From Elusimicrobiota bacterium (GTDB lineage Bacteria > Elusimicrobiota > Elusimicrobia > Elusimicrobiales > UBA9959), in contig JBAXKK010000006.1 in the NCBI GenBank assembly GCA_037137395.1, positions 1-51,655 of the forward strand: a stretch of DNA of 51,655 bases, written 5' to 3'. Under the pieces are notes generated by a model that was not told where the DNA came from, did no database searches, and saw only the letters and a list, made by a program, of their open reading frames with translations. Positions 40,095 to 49,308 of the stretch are shown one piece after another. The stretch's first letter is position 1, and every line of letters starts with the position of its first letter. Both the position numbers and the translations under genes were made by a program.

Positions 40095-41354
40095 TTACTT
40101 GGGCCAGAGTGAGGTGTCCTTATAATTCGCCGGAGTGAGTTCGGGTATATGCGGCGCGGCCAGCCCTTTCTTTACCAATCCGCTGAAAGCCGTGTTGGGC
40201 ATAGCGGCTTGCGGATTGTACAGTGACGGGTTATAAAACAAGGGTATCCGAGACGCTTCGGGCAGCACTTTATTCAATAACTGGATTAGCGTTATAATGC
40301 AGTTGTTTGTGATAGTGTGGTAGTATTCTCCGCGGCGGTTTACAACCGCCTGCGTGATAGCGTCTTCAAGCAGGGCGCGCTTCTGGCCGGGGCTGAGCAG
40401 TAGCTCGTACGGAAGAAGCTTTTTGTTTTCCACTCCACAGGTGAAATTTATGTAATCTTCTTCCGTAGTCAGCAGCCAGAGTATATGGAATTCTTTTTTA
40501 AGACTGCTGATCAAATCCACCGGTTTGTCTTTGCGGAGCATCGCCTCCACTGAAAGCAGGAGGCCGCGCGAAGCGTTGCCGTTAGAATCCATGACGCCGC
40601 CGGCCTTGAACGTGAACAGCATGACGGCGTGAGAAGCTATGATTTCGGGAGGAAATGGTTTTTGTATGATATAAACGTTTTCAACCAGAGCTGGGTTGAT
40701 TACAGCCGTGCGCCAATCATACGCGTCTCCTCCGGCAGTTTTGCCCCAGCGGACATTGTTCACGGTAAACGCGCCGGCGCCGCCGGACGCGAGGTCAGGC
40801 TCGCGCTGGGTCTTGTCTCTCCAGGTCTGCGTGACATTTGACGCGGGGTCAAGGAAAGCGTCCGCGCGCATCGCCGACAGATCATCCAGCCGCCGAGACC
40901 AGCCATCCAGCGTTACGGAAGCGCCCGTCTGGGCCAGCTGCTCGGCTTTCTTCTGTATTTCCAGGCTCGCGGGCAGTAGTTTGAATGTTCGGCCGTCGGC
41001 AACTACGAACGAAAAACCTTCGCCTTCTTTTTTAACGGTGCCCGTTACGCGGTAAGGCACAGCGAAGCTGTCCTTCTTTTTATCGGACGCCTTGGCGTCG
41101 GTGGCTGAAATTGCGGACGGGTCGGCATTCAGCGCCGGAGAGGGGATAGGATCATAAACGTTTTGCCCGGCAGGTTCAATGGCCGGGATCCCGGTCTCAA
41201 AATCGGCCGATTTCAGACTTTCGTCGGAGTCAGACATTACCGCGTCCCTGAAATCTCCGGGATGCGTGACAAGGTCCGTATTTCGGGCCCGACCAAGGGC
41301 GACCATGGATATCGTCAGCGCGGTAATAACCGTGAAGATAATTTTTTTGTTCAT
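40095..41354 (-). CDS. Exported protein with C-terminal DUF4105 (Lnb N-terminal-like) domain
   Basis: Signal-like MNKKIIFTVITALTISMVAL; SHAVMLFTF, LLSVEA, YHTITNNC; start uncertain (41354, 41369 or 41384); ORF-track start at 41642 runs through promoters. Confidence 0.7.
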   Translation of the reverse strand: MNKKIIFTVITALTISMVALGRARNTDLVTHPGDFRDAVMSDSDESLKSADFETGIPAIEPAGQNVYDPIPSPALNADPSAISATDAKASDKKKDSFAVPYRVTGTVKKEGEGFSFVVADGRTFKLLPASLEIQKKAEQLAQTGASVTLDGWSRRLDDLSAMRADAFLDPASNVTQTWRDKTQREPDLASGGAGAFTVNNVRWGKTAGGDAYDWRTAVINPALVENVYIIQKPFPPEIIASHAVMLFTFKAGGVMDSNGNASRGLLLSVEAMLRKDKPVDLISSLKKEFHILWLLTTEEDYINFTCGVENKKLLPYELLLSPGQKRALLEDAITQAVVNRRGEYYHTITNNCIITLIQLLNKVLPEASRIPLFYNPSLYNPQAAMPNTAFSGLVKKGLAAPHIPELTPANYKDTSLWPK

Positions 41355-41391
41355 AATGGTGTCTTTCATAGCTCCTAGAATCATTAAATAA

Positions 41392-41420
41392 ATTTTACAC
41401 TGAGCCCGGTGAAATGTCAA
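41392..41420 (-). promoter_or_regulatory. Sigma70 promoter (leftward)
   Basis: Minus strand TTGACA-N17-TAAAAT; in-frame ATG 7 nt downstream at 41384. Confidence 0.75.
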
Positions 41421-41471
41421 GGGCCTTTTCCCACCAAAAATTCCGGCGCGCGGCCGGAACCCGCGCGGAGA

Positions 41472-41500
41472 TTGATAAGACGCGCTTATAAATATAAAAT
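41472..41500 (+). promoter_or_regulatory. Sigma70 promoter (rightward) for the radical SAM operon
   Basis: TTGATA-N17-TAAAAT; ATG 7 nt downstream at 41508. Confidence 0.7.
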
Positions 41501-41507
41501 GAGAGTC

Positions 41508-42968
41508 ATGGAATACGCTAGGAAGATCGTTTTTGTGAATCCGCCGCTGTCTATCCAGGACCGTTACGGGGTTAAGTCCCAGAGCGGGGGGCAGACCCCG
41601 CCTTTGGGCTTGCTGTGTCTGGCTACGATGACGCGCGCGCATGGTTTTGAAACCACTATCCTTGACGCCGCCGCGCTAAAACTGGGGTATGCGGAGTGCG
41701 TAAGTTTTATATTGGATAATGATTTCCATTATGTCGGTATTACCGCCGTTACCATTTCAATAGCGCATGCAGCTGAACTGGCGGCTCGACTGAAAAAGGC
41801 CGATCCCGGAATCACTATTATTATAGGCGGTCCTCATCTCACCGCTTTACCTTCGGAAACAATGGCAATGTTCCCGCAGTTCGATATAGGCGTCATCGGC
41901 GAAGCCGACTACGCGATCGTGGAATTACTATCGGCATTGGAAGATAAAAAAGATTTGGTTACCGTCGGGGGACTGATCCTCAGAGGCGAGAGTGGATTAA
42001 TGAAAACGCAATCTCGGCCGCGCATTGATGATCTGGACAGTCTGCCTATGCCCGCCTGGGATTTGCTGCCGGATTTGGCGCGTCATTATTGCCCTCCGGT
42101 GCACACTCTGAAACGAATACCAGCGGCTTTGCTGGTAACTTCGCGCGGTTGCCCGGGAGAATGCGTTTTTTGTGACCGCAGCGTTTTCGGTAATGTGCTG
42201 CGGGCTTATAGCGCCGAATACACTTTTAAGATTATAAAGGAACTTTATCATAAGCACGGCATTCGCGAAATACAGCTGCGCGACGATAATTTTACGGCCT
42301 ATCGCAAACGGATGCTGGAATTATGCGCTATGCTCAAGGCCGAGAAGCTGGATATGGTGTGGACCTGCGCCTGCCGGGTGGACATGGTCAACCCTGATAT
42401 ACTCAGGATAATGAAAGAAGCGGGCTGTTGGCAGATCTGGTACGGAATTGAGAGCGGTTCGGACGTGATATTAAAACAGATAAAAAAACATACCACCACG
42501 CGCCAGATCCGGGAAGCCGTGCGGATGACCCGCGACGCCGGGATCAGTCCCTGCGGGTTCTTTATCATCGGCAGCCCCGGAGAAACCAAGGGAACCCTGG
42601 AAGAGACAGTGCAATTCGCTCTGGACCTCCCGCTTGACGAAGCCCATTTTTCCTTTATGACGCCTTTCCCCGGCTCGCAATTGTACGCGCGGGCGCTGGA
42701 ATACGGGTCATTCGACAATAATTGGAGCAAGCTCAACGGCTGGCTGCCGGTATTCCTGCCGCACGGCCTGACAGCCCGCGACCTGGAGATGTATTCAAAG
42801 CGGGCCTTCCGTAAATTTTACTTCCGGCCGCGTATTATTTTTTCGTATATAAGAAAAATACGCAGTTTCAGGCATGCCGCGATATACTTCCGCGGGTTTT
42901 TGGCGCTAGTGGAATGGCTTGTGAAAAGCAGGGCGAATAAAGTCAGGCTCCGGCAGCCGAAAGAGTAA
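41508..42968 (+). CDS. B12-binding domain radical SAM protein 1
   Basis: PPLGLLCLA, GGPH, GEAD, SRGCPGECVFC, DDNFT, GIESGS, FIIGSPGET. Confidence 0.92.
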   Translation: MEYARKIVFVNPPLSIQDRYGVKSQSGGQTPPLGLLCLATMTRAHGFETTILDAAALKLGYAECVSFILDNDFHYVGITAVTISIAHAAELAARLKKADPGITIIIGGPHLTALPSETMAMFPQFDIGVIGEADYAIVELLSALEDKKDLVTVGGLILRGESGLMKTQSRPRIDDLDSLPMPAWDLLPDLARHYCPPVHTLKRIPAALLVTSRGCPGECVFCDRSVFGNVLRAYSAEYTFKIIKELYHKHGIREIQLRDDNFTAYRKRMLELCAMLKAEKLDMVWTCACRVDMVNPDILRIMKEAGCWQIWYGIESGSDVILKQIKKHTTTRQIREAVRMTRDAGISPCGFFIIGSPGETKGTLEETVQFALDLPLDEAHFSFMTPFPGSQLYARALEYGSFDNNWSKLNGWLPVFLPHGLTARDLEMYSKRAFRKFYFRPRIIFSYIRKIRSFRHAAIYFRGFLALVEWLVKSRANKVRLRQPKE

Positions 42969-42976
42969 GCAATCTG

Positions 42977-44398
42977 ATGGCTAAACTTCTTTTTTTGCAA
43001 AACCTTGAATACGAGTTCCTGGGCCCGATGTATATCTCATCGATGGTCAAGGCGCGCCATGAATGTACGCTCGCGGTCGGGGCCGCTGCAGAGGATTTTG
43101 CCGCCGTCATGGAAACGTTCAAGCCGGATGTGGTAGCGTTCTCTATAATGACTGGTTCCCACCGCTGGGCGCTGAATATCGCGAGAATTTTGAAAGAAAA
43201 GTATAACGTGCTCACGCTTTTTGGCGGCGCGCATCCCACCTTTTTCCCCGAGTTCATAGAGGAAGAGGGGGTTGACATAATCTGCCGGGGGGAAGGGGAG
43301 GCCGCGACTCTGGACCTCCTGGACGCGCTGGATGCCGGCAAAGATTTCAGCGGCATCGGAAATCTGTATGTGAAACAGAAAGAATTGATAAGCAGGAACC
43401 CCGTACGGCCGCTAGATAAAGAACTGGACGCGTATCCGTTCCCGGACCGGGAACTCTATAAGGCGCTGGGGCTCGGAACGGACAGGAGCGTAAGGAATAT
43501 TATAACTTCGCGCGGCTGTATGTTTCACTGCTCTTTTTGTTTTGAGGACAGCATCAGGGAACTATATAAAGACAAAGGACAGCATGTGCGCGTGCGGAGC
43601 ATTGAGAAAGTAATTGAAGAACTGCGCGAGCTGAAACTAAAACACAACGTTAAAACCGTTTATTTTTGCGACGATGTGTTCGGAATAAACCGGAAATGGC
43701 TGTATGAATTCCTTGATGTGTATAAAAAGGAGATAGGTCTCGACTTCCTCTGTCTGGTGCGCGCGGATATCATGTGCTCGGACGAAAATTACGCCGTAAA
43801 ATTGAAGGAAGCGGGCTGCAAGAGCGTTTTTTTCGGCATAGAATCCGGGTCTGAGCGCCTGAGAAACTCCGTCCTTAACAAGAATCTTAAAGATAAGGAT
43901 ATTTACGAAGCCGCCCGAATGCTGCATAAAGCGGGGTTGCCGTTTAGGACCTATAATATCGTAGGCCTTCCGGATGAAACGCTTGAAGACGCCTTTAATA
44001 CTGTGAAAATGAACATCGCAATCAAAGCCGATTACCCGTGGTGCTCCATCTTTTCGCCCTATCCCCGCACGGCGTTAACTCTTTACGCACAGCAGCAAGG
44101 CTATCTTGCCAAGGATTTTAGTCCGGACGCCATTTCCGGCTCTTTTTTTATTGATTCACAACTGACGATTCCAGATATACGCCGGATAGAAAATTTGCAT
44201 AAATTCTTCCAGACTGCGGTGCTGGCCCCATGGACGCTGCCTTTGGTGAGGATACTTATCAAATTTCCGCCTAATCTCATGTTCCGGTTATGGTTTGGTA
44301 TAATATATTTTTACGTGTTCCTCAAAAGCGAAAAAAGAAGTTTTTTCAAGACGCTCGGCTTCGCTCTTAAGAGTTATAAACACGTGTTAAAGAAATAG
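42977..44398 (+). CDS. B12-binding domain radical SAM protein 2
   Basis: GGAHPT, GEGE, SRGCMFHCSFC, DDVF, GIESGS, IVGLPDET. Confidence 0.92.
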   Translation: MAKLLFLQNLEYEFLGPMYISSMVKARHECTLAVGAAAEDFAAVMETFKPDVVAFSIMTGSHRWALNIARILKEKYNVLTLFGGAHPTFFPEFIEEEGVDIICRGEGEAATLDLLDALDAGKDFSGIGNLYVKQKELISRNPVRPLDKELDAYPFPDRELYKALGLGTDRSVRNIITSRGCMFHCSFCFEDSIRELYKDKGQHVRVRSIEKVIEELRELKLKHNVKTVYFCDDVFGINRKWLYEFLDVYKKEIGLDFLCLVRADIMCSDENYAVKLKEAGCKSVFFGIESGSERLRNSVLNKNLKDKDIYEAARMLHKAGLPFRTYNIVGLPDETLEDAFNTVKMNIAIKADYPWCSIFSPYPRTALTLYAQQQGYLAKDFSPDAISGSFFIDSQLTIPDIRRIENLHKFFQTAVLAPWTLPLVRILIKFPPNLMFRLWFGIIYFYVFLKSEKRSFFKTLGFALKSYKHVLKK

Positions 44399-44440
44399 GG
44401 TCGACAGCCCGTGACGCGGCGCCGCCTGAAGACGAAATAA

Positions 44441-45613
44441 ATGAAAATAGATTTCCTTAAAATCCTGGATAAATACATCGGATTTGCGGTTTGTCTCGTG
44501 CTTACTTTCCTGAGCAAGCTGTTCGGCTCCGGTGAAACTCCGGTCAGGAAAGAAAATATCAAAAAGACGCTGGCGATGAAATTCCTGGGTTTGGGGAGCA
44601 TACTTCTTCTGTCCCCTACCATAAAAGAATTCAGGAAAACTTATCCCTCCTCGAAACTGGTATTCTTAACACTCAACCGGAATAAAGAAATATGCGAATC
44701 CCTGAAGCTTTTTGACGAGGTTATAACCGTAAATATCGATAAAGGCTGGCTGGTCTTTTCGCGGACTTTCCTCAGGGTCCTCTTATATTTATGGCGCGAG
44801 CGGTTCGATCTGGTGCTGGATTTCGAGTTCTTTACCCGGTTCTCATCTATCGTTACTTTTCTTACATTCGCTAAAGTGAAAATTGGCTACCATGCCTGGG
44901 AGACATGGCGGGGCGATATTCACAGCGTCAATGTTCCATTCAACCGGTATTGGCACATCATGGATAATTTTTACAACCTCGGTATCCATATCGGTCTCGA
45001 TAAGCAGGTCCAATTAAAGATTGTGAAACCCTTTGTGGAGGCTGCGGACAGGGATGTGGTGGCTAAGCTCCTGAAAGAAGCGGGTGTGAAGGATGGTTAC
45101 ATCGCGGTGCATGTTAATGCCAGCGACCTGAGCGTGGAGCGCAGGTGGCCCGCCGGCAATTTTATCCGCTTAGTAGGTAAGATTCTTGAGAAACATGATC
45201 TAAATGTGGTGTTTATAGGCTCCAAGGCGGATCAGCCTGTAGTGGGGGAGGTATGCCGCCGGATAGCTCATCCAAGAGCGGTGGACCTTTCCGGAAAGAT
45301 ATCCATAACGCAACTTGCCGCCCTGTTCGAAAACTCTAAACTCGTGATATCGAATGACGGCGGTCCGCTGCACCTGGCGGTGGCTATGGAAGCTCCCACA
45401 GTCTCTTTTTTCGGTCCTGAAACACCCATGATGTACGGCCCCCGGGGATCCGGCCATGCCGTCTTCTTCAAAAATATCGAATGCAGCCCGTGCATCAATG
45501 TGCACGACCGCAAATCCGTGCGCTGCTACTGGCCCCGCCCTAAATGCATGGAAGCTATCACGGTGGAGGAAGTGTTCGATACTATAGAGAAGAAGCTGGC
45601 GATATCGCAATGA
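44441..45613 (+). CDS. Glycosyltransferase family 9 (heptosyltransferase-like)
   Basis: LGLGSILL, RRWP, DLSGK, ISNDGGPLHLAVA, FFGPE, C-terminal CSPC...C...CM. Confidence 0.9.
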   Translation: MKIDFLKILDKYIGFAVCLVLTFLSKLFGSGETPVRKENIKKTLAMKFLGLGSILLLSPTIKEFRKTYPSSKLVFLTLNRNKEICESLKLFDEVITVNIDKGWLVFSRTFLRVLLYLWRERFDLVLDFEFFTRFSSIVTFLTFAKVKIGYHAWETWRGDIHSVNVPFNRYWHIMDNFYNLGIHIGLDKQVQLKIVKPFVEAADRDVVAKLLKEAGVKDGYIAVHVNASDLSVERRWPAGNFIRLVGKILEKHDLNVVFIGSKADQPVVGEVCRRIAHPRAVDLSGKISITQLAALFENSKLVISNDGGPLHLAVAMEAPTVSFFGPETPMMYGPRGSGHAVFFKNIECSPCINVHDRKSVRCYWPRPKCMEAITVEEVFDTIEKKLAISQ

Positions 45614-47007
45614 AAAAAGTGCTTTTGCTCAATCCGCCGGGAAAACGCCTTTATATCCGCGACTATTTCTGCAGCAAGGTTTCGCAGGCCGATTACCTCA
45701 CACAACCCGTGGACCTTCTGATGCTGAGCGGCATCCTGTCGCAGAGTTTTGAAGTGCATTTTATTGACGCCATTGCCGGGAAGCTTCCCATTGAGTCGGT
45801 TCTTAGGGAAATAAGGCGCATAGATCCGTTTGCGGTTATAAGTCTTTTCGGAGCGGTAAGCCTTGCCGAAGATATGGATTTCGCGAGACGGGTCAGGCAG
45901 GCCGGCGGCGACGTCAAAATAGTTGGAATCGGTGATGCCTTCAGGGCCGGCGGAGAAAGATATCTCGGGGAGGGTTCCCCTCTGGACGCGCTTCTTTTGG
46001 ATTTTACCGGGCCGGATATAGTGAACTATCTCAATGGCGATTATGGTGCGGTAAGCGACATGATCATCCGTGATGGTGCTAATATCCTCCCGGCTAAAAT
46101 TGCGCGGAAATCTAATCTCTTCAGTATTCCTCTTCCGTTGCATCATCTTTTTACCGGATATAATTACCGTCACCCGTTTATCAAAAGTCAAAAATTTGCC
46201 ACGGTGCTGGCTGATTACGGGTGCCCCTATCCCTGCAGTTTTTGTGTTATGAGCACGCTTGGATTTAAGGTAAGACCGGTCGATCAGGTGATAACTGAAT
46301 TAAAACTTGTAAAATCACTGGGCATAAATGAAGTCCTCTTTCACACCCAGACCTTCGGCGCGAACCCGGAGTGGGCGAAAGAACTTTGCCGTAAAATAGT
46401 CGCGGAGAATCTGCTGATCGGGTGGATATGTTTTTCCAGAGTGGATGTGGCGGACCCTGAGTTGCTTAACGTGATGAAGAAGGCCGGCTGCCATACGATA
46501 ATTTTTGGCGTTGAATCCGGCTCCGACTTGATACTTGAAAAATACCGGAAAGGATATACGAGGGAACAGATAGTTTTGGCTGTGGACTATTGTGATAAGA
46601 TCGGTATCGAAACTGTGGGAACTTTTATCATCGGTCTGCCGGAAGAGACTCATGAAACCATGGCGGCTACGCTGCGGCTCCTGAAGACCATCAAGCTTGA
46701 TTATGCGTCGTTCAATGTCGCCGTTCCCCGGATCGGGACCGTTATGAGAGAAGATGCCGTATCTCTGGGAATGGTGGATAGAAGTTTTGACACTATGGAT
46801 CAGTCCGGCAGCGATATCGCTATGCCAAGCCGGAATCTGACAAAAGAGGAGATAGCCGGGTATCGGCGGCAGGCTGTTTTCACTTTTTATTTTAACGCGC
46901 GGTATATTCTCCGGCGGTTGATGAAGATAAGATCCTTGTACGATTTTACGCGCCAGTTGAATCAGGCTGTGGCGCTGGCGATAAATACCTGGTTCGGGAA
47001 ACGCTGA
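45610..47007 (+). CDS. Radical SAM protein 3 (divergent B12-binding-like N-terminus)
   Basis: LLNPP, YGCPYPCSFC, GVESGS, FIIGLPEET; ATGA overlap with the GT9 stop. Confidence 0.88.
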   Translation: MKKVLLLNPPGKRLYIRDYFCSKVSQADYLTQPVDLLMLSGILSQSFEVHFIDAIAGKLPIESVLREIRRIDPFAVISLFGAVSLAEDMDFARRVRQAGGDVKIVGIGDAFRAGGERYLGEGSPLDALLLDFTGPDIVNYLNGDYGAVSDMIIRDGANILPAKIARKSNLFSIPLPLHHLFTGYNYRHPFIKSQKFATVLADYGCPYPCSFCVMSTLGFKVRPVDQVITELKLVKSLGINEVLFHTQTFGANPEWAKELCRKIVAENLLIGWICFSRVDVADPELLNVMKKAGCHTIIFGVESGSDLILEKYRKGYTREQIVLAVDYCDKIGIETVGTFIIGLPEETHETMAATLRLLKTIKLDYASFNVAVPRIGTVMREDAVSLGMVDRSFDTMDQSGSDIAMPSRNLTKEEIAGYRRQAVFTFYFNARYILRRLMKIRSLYDFTRQLNQAVALAINTWFGKR

Positions 47008-47012
47008 CAAAT

Positions 47013-48227
47013 ATGAATAAAAAAATATGTCTCGCGGTTTTCCTCGCGGCGTTCGTCCTGCGGCTGGGCCTGCTATTGGGCTATAAAGGCATAGCGGAAA
47101 CTTATGAAAAATTCGACGCGCAGGCTTATGAGGCCGTCGCCGTAAACCTTACGCAGGGCAACGGTTTCATTGAGGGTCCTGGGAAGCCTACCGACGGCCG
47201 TCCGCCGGTATATCCGTTGTTTCTCGCGGCGGTGTATTCCGTTACCGACCACAGCCAGTTCACTTTCAGGCTGCTTCAGTGCCTGGTAGACTCCGGGAGC
47301 GCCGTCCTTCTTATGATGATAGCGGGGTTAATATTCACCCCCGCCATAGCCATGCTTTCCGGCGCGCTGGCGGCGGTTTATCCGCCGTTCATCCTTTACA
47401 GCAATATGAAAATGACGGAGTGCCTGTTCATCTTCTTTTTCCTCTGGGAATGCTACTACCTGACCAGGGCGTTTAAGGATCGTGATAATAAAAGTTTCGC
47501 TTATTCTGGAATATTCCATGGGGTTTCCGTGCTGGTGCGCGCCCCGACATTAATGTTCCCGGTGTTCCTGCTGCCGATAATTCTATTTGCCGGATTTCGC
47601 AAACAGCTTTTCAAGGGCTTCATGCTGTATATGGTTATAAGCAGCGCGATTATTTCGGTGTGGACCGTGCGCAATTATTACGCGCTTAATGATTTCCTGG
47701 CGGTGAACACCGGCAGCGGGTGGCTGCTTTGGTATGCTATTCAGGATGACGCCTGGGATGGTGATAAAATAGTGGAACTCAGTCCTTTGCGGGAGTACCC
47801 GGAGCTGAAAGATCTGCCACGCTCTAAAATGGAAAGCATCGTCGGCCGGAAGGTCGTTATATACGCTTTAACGCATCCGGCTGCTTATTCACGCAAGATG
47901 GTGAGGAATTTATGGCGTCTGTGGACGCTGCCTATAGGAAAAGTCATGCTTTCCAAGATTTCAAAAACCTGTGCCGTGCTGTACCAGATGGCGCATTATC
48001 TGCTGCTGGCGACGGCCCTTTGCGGTTTATTTTATATTTCCAGGAGTAACTTTATTTCGTCACTCCCGTCGCTGTTATATTTGTTGTATGCTTCGCTCAT
48101 GCATAGCGTGATAATCGGGACTCCCAGATACCGTCTGCCTTATGACCATCTGCTTTTGATGCTTTGCGCCGGCGGACTGGTGTATTATTATAACGCCGTT
48201 AAAACGAAGACTATAAACGCTTTATGA
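47013..48227 (+). CDS. GT-C fold membrane glycosyltransferase (ArnT/PMT-like)
   Basis: D..Y..A.NL..G.G loop, RPPVYPLFLA, MTE, WTVRNY, PRYRLP; many TMs. Confidence 0.8.
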   Translation: MNKKICLAVFLAAFVLRLGLLLGYKGIAETYEKFDAQAYEAVAVNLTQGNGFIEGPGKPTDGRPPVYPLFLAAVYSVTDHSQFTFRLLQCLVDSGSAVLLMMIAGLIFTPAIAMLSGALAAVYPPFILYSNMKMTECLFIFFFLWECYYLTRAFKDRDNKSFAYSGIFHGVSVLVRAPTLMFPVFLLPIILFAGFRKQLFKGFMLYMVISSAIISVWTVRNYYALNDFLAVNTGSGWLLWYAIQDDAWDGDKIVELSPLREYPELKDLPRSKMESIVGRKVVIYALTHPAAYSRKMVRNLWRLWTLPIGKVMLSKISKTCAVLYQMAHYLLLATALCGLFYISRSNFISSLPSLLYLLYASLMHSVIIGTPRYRLPYDHLLLMLCAGGLVYYYNAVKTKTINAL

Positions 48228-49084
48228 CTTGTACAGTTTGCGGATCCGATACCTGTAGCACAGCCTTGATCACCGGTCAAATGGCCATTTACCGGTGTTT
48301 AAAATGCGGCGTTAGTTTTGTTCACCCGCAGCTGACCGACGGGGAGCTGCATGAGTTATACGGGGAAGCTTATTACAAGTCCTGGGGATTGGCCGGCCGG
48401 GCCGGAAATAAAGCGGTGCAGCGGATGAAGACGGACACCTTCGATCTCCGCCTGGATCTTATCGCGGAGTATAAATGTTCGGGAAATATCCTGGATGTGG
48501 GCTGCGCGACCGGGTATTTTCTTGAAGCTGCTGCGAGGAGAGGATTTCAGGTCTACGGCGTTGAAATTTCTGATTATTCCTGCGCCATCGCAAAAAGAAA
48601 TTTTGGTGACGACAGGGTTTATCAAGGCGTGCTTGAAAACTGTCCTTTCCCGGAAAAACATTTTGATGTGATAGCCATGTCCGATCTTCTCGAGCATGTT
48701 CGAGATCCCATTAAAGCCCTGCGGGCTGCGCGCAGGTTTTTAAAAAATGACGGCATAATTATGATAATGACCCCGGACACGGATGCTCTTACCCGCAGAC
48801 TAATGAGGGGGAAATGGACCCATTACAAAGCCGAACATTTTTTTTACTTTAACAGACGCTCCATTAGCTATCTCGCCGACCTGGCCGGTCTTGCGGCTGT
48901 TTATTTTGAGGCCGCGAAAAAATCCATGAATCTTGAGTATGTCTATACGCAGTTTAAAGCGTATCCGCATTGGCTGCTGTCGCCTGTTTCCGGTCTTCTT
49001 CACCATATCCTTCCCCGCGCGCTTCGCGCGAGAAACTTCCATATAACCATGGGCGAGATGGTCGTTATCCTGAAGAATAAATAA
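48224..49084 (+). CDS. Class I SAM-dependent methyltransferase with N-terminal CxxC pairs
   Basis: CTVC...CLKC, ILDVGCATG, GVEIS, LEHVRDP. Confidence 0.9.
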   Translation: MTCTVCGSDTCSTALITGQMAIYRCLKCGVSFVHPQLTDGELHELYGEAYYKSWGLAGRAGNKAVQRMKTDTFDLRLDLIAEYKCSGNILDVGCATGYFLEAAARRGFQVYGVEISDYSCAIAKRNFGDDRVYQGVLENCPFPEKHFDVIAMSDLLEHVRDPIKALRAARRFLKNDGIIMIMTPDTDALTRRLMRGKWTHYKAEHFFYFNRRSISYLADLAGLAAVYFEAAKKSMNLEYVYTQFKAYPHWLLSPVSGLLHHILPRALRARNFHITMGEMVVILKNK

Positions 49085-49092
49085 ACACATTA

Positions 49093-49212
49093 GGGGTGAC
49101 GATGGGTAGCTTTTTTGACCCCGCAGTCGGATGCGTGGAATACACTGAAGTTAAGTTTTGTTACGGACACGGGGCCCGAGAACGCAAAAAGGCTACCCGT
49201 CGGCAGGACCCC
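49093..49212 (+). repeat. 120-nt structured dispersed element, family B (copy 3)
   Basis: GGGGT/ACCCC closing stem plus 18-bp stem CGATGGGTAGCTTTTTTG / CAAAAAGGCTACCCGTCG. Confidence 0.9.
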
Positions 49213-49257
49213 GTACTATCCTGCTCCACTTCCATAGTGACTGGTTTAATTCCAATT

Positions 49258-49293
49258 AAAAACGGGCGAAGCTTTTAGGCTCCGCCCGTTTTT
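49258..49293. terminator. Bidirectional intrinsic terminator
   Basis: AAAAACGGGCGAAGC-TTTTAG-GCTCCGCCCGTTTTT between convergent genes. Confidence 0.8.
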
Positions 49294-49308
49294 GTCGGGT
49301 TTCTGTTG

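Noticed and set aside
41385..41642. Long N-terminal extensions of the ORF-track calls 40095..41642 and 41409..42968
   Set aside because: They overlap each other and two clear divergent promoters; downstream starts fit better
46315..47010. 231-aa and other minus-strand ORFs in the radical SAM operon
   Set aside because: Antisense shadows of well-supported genes
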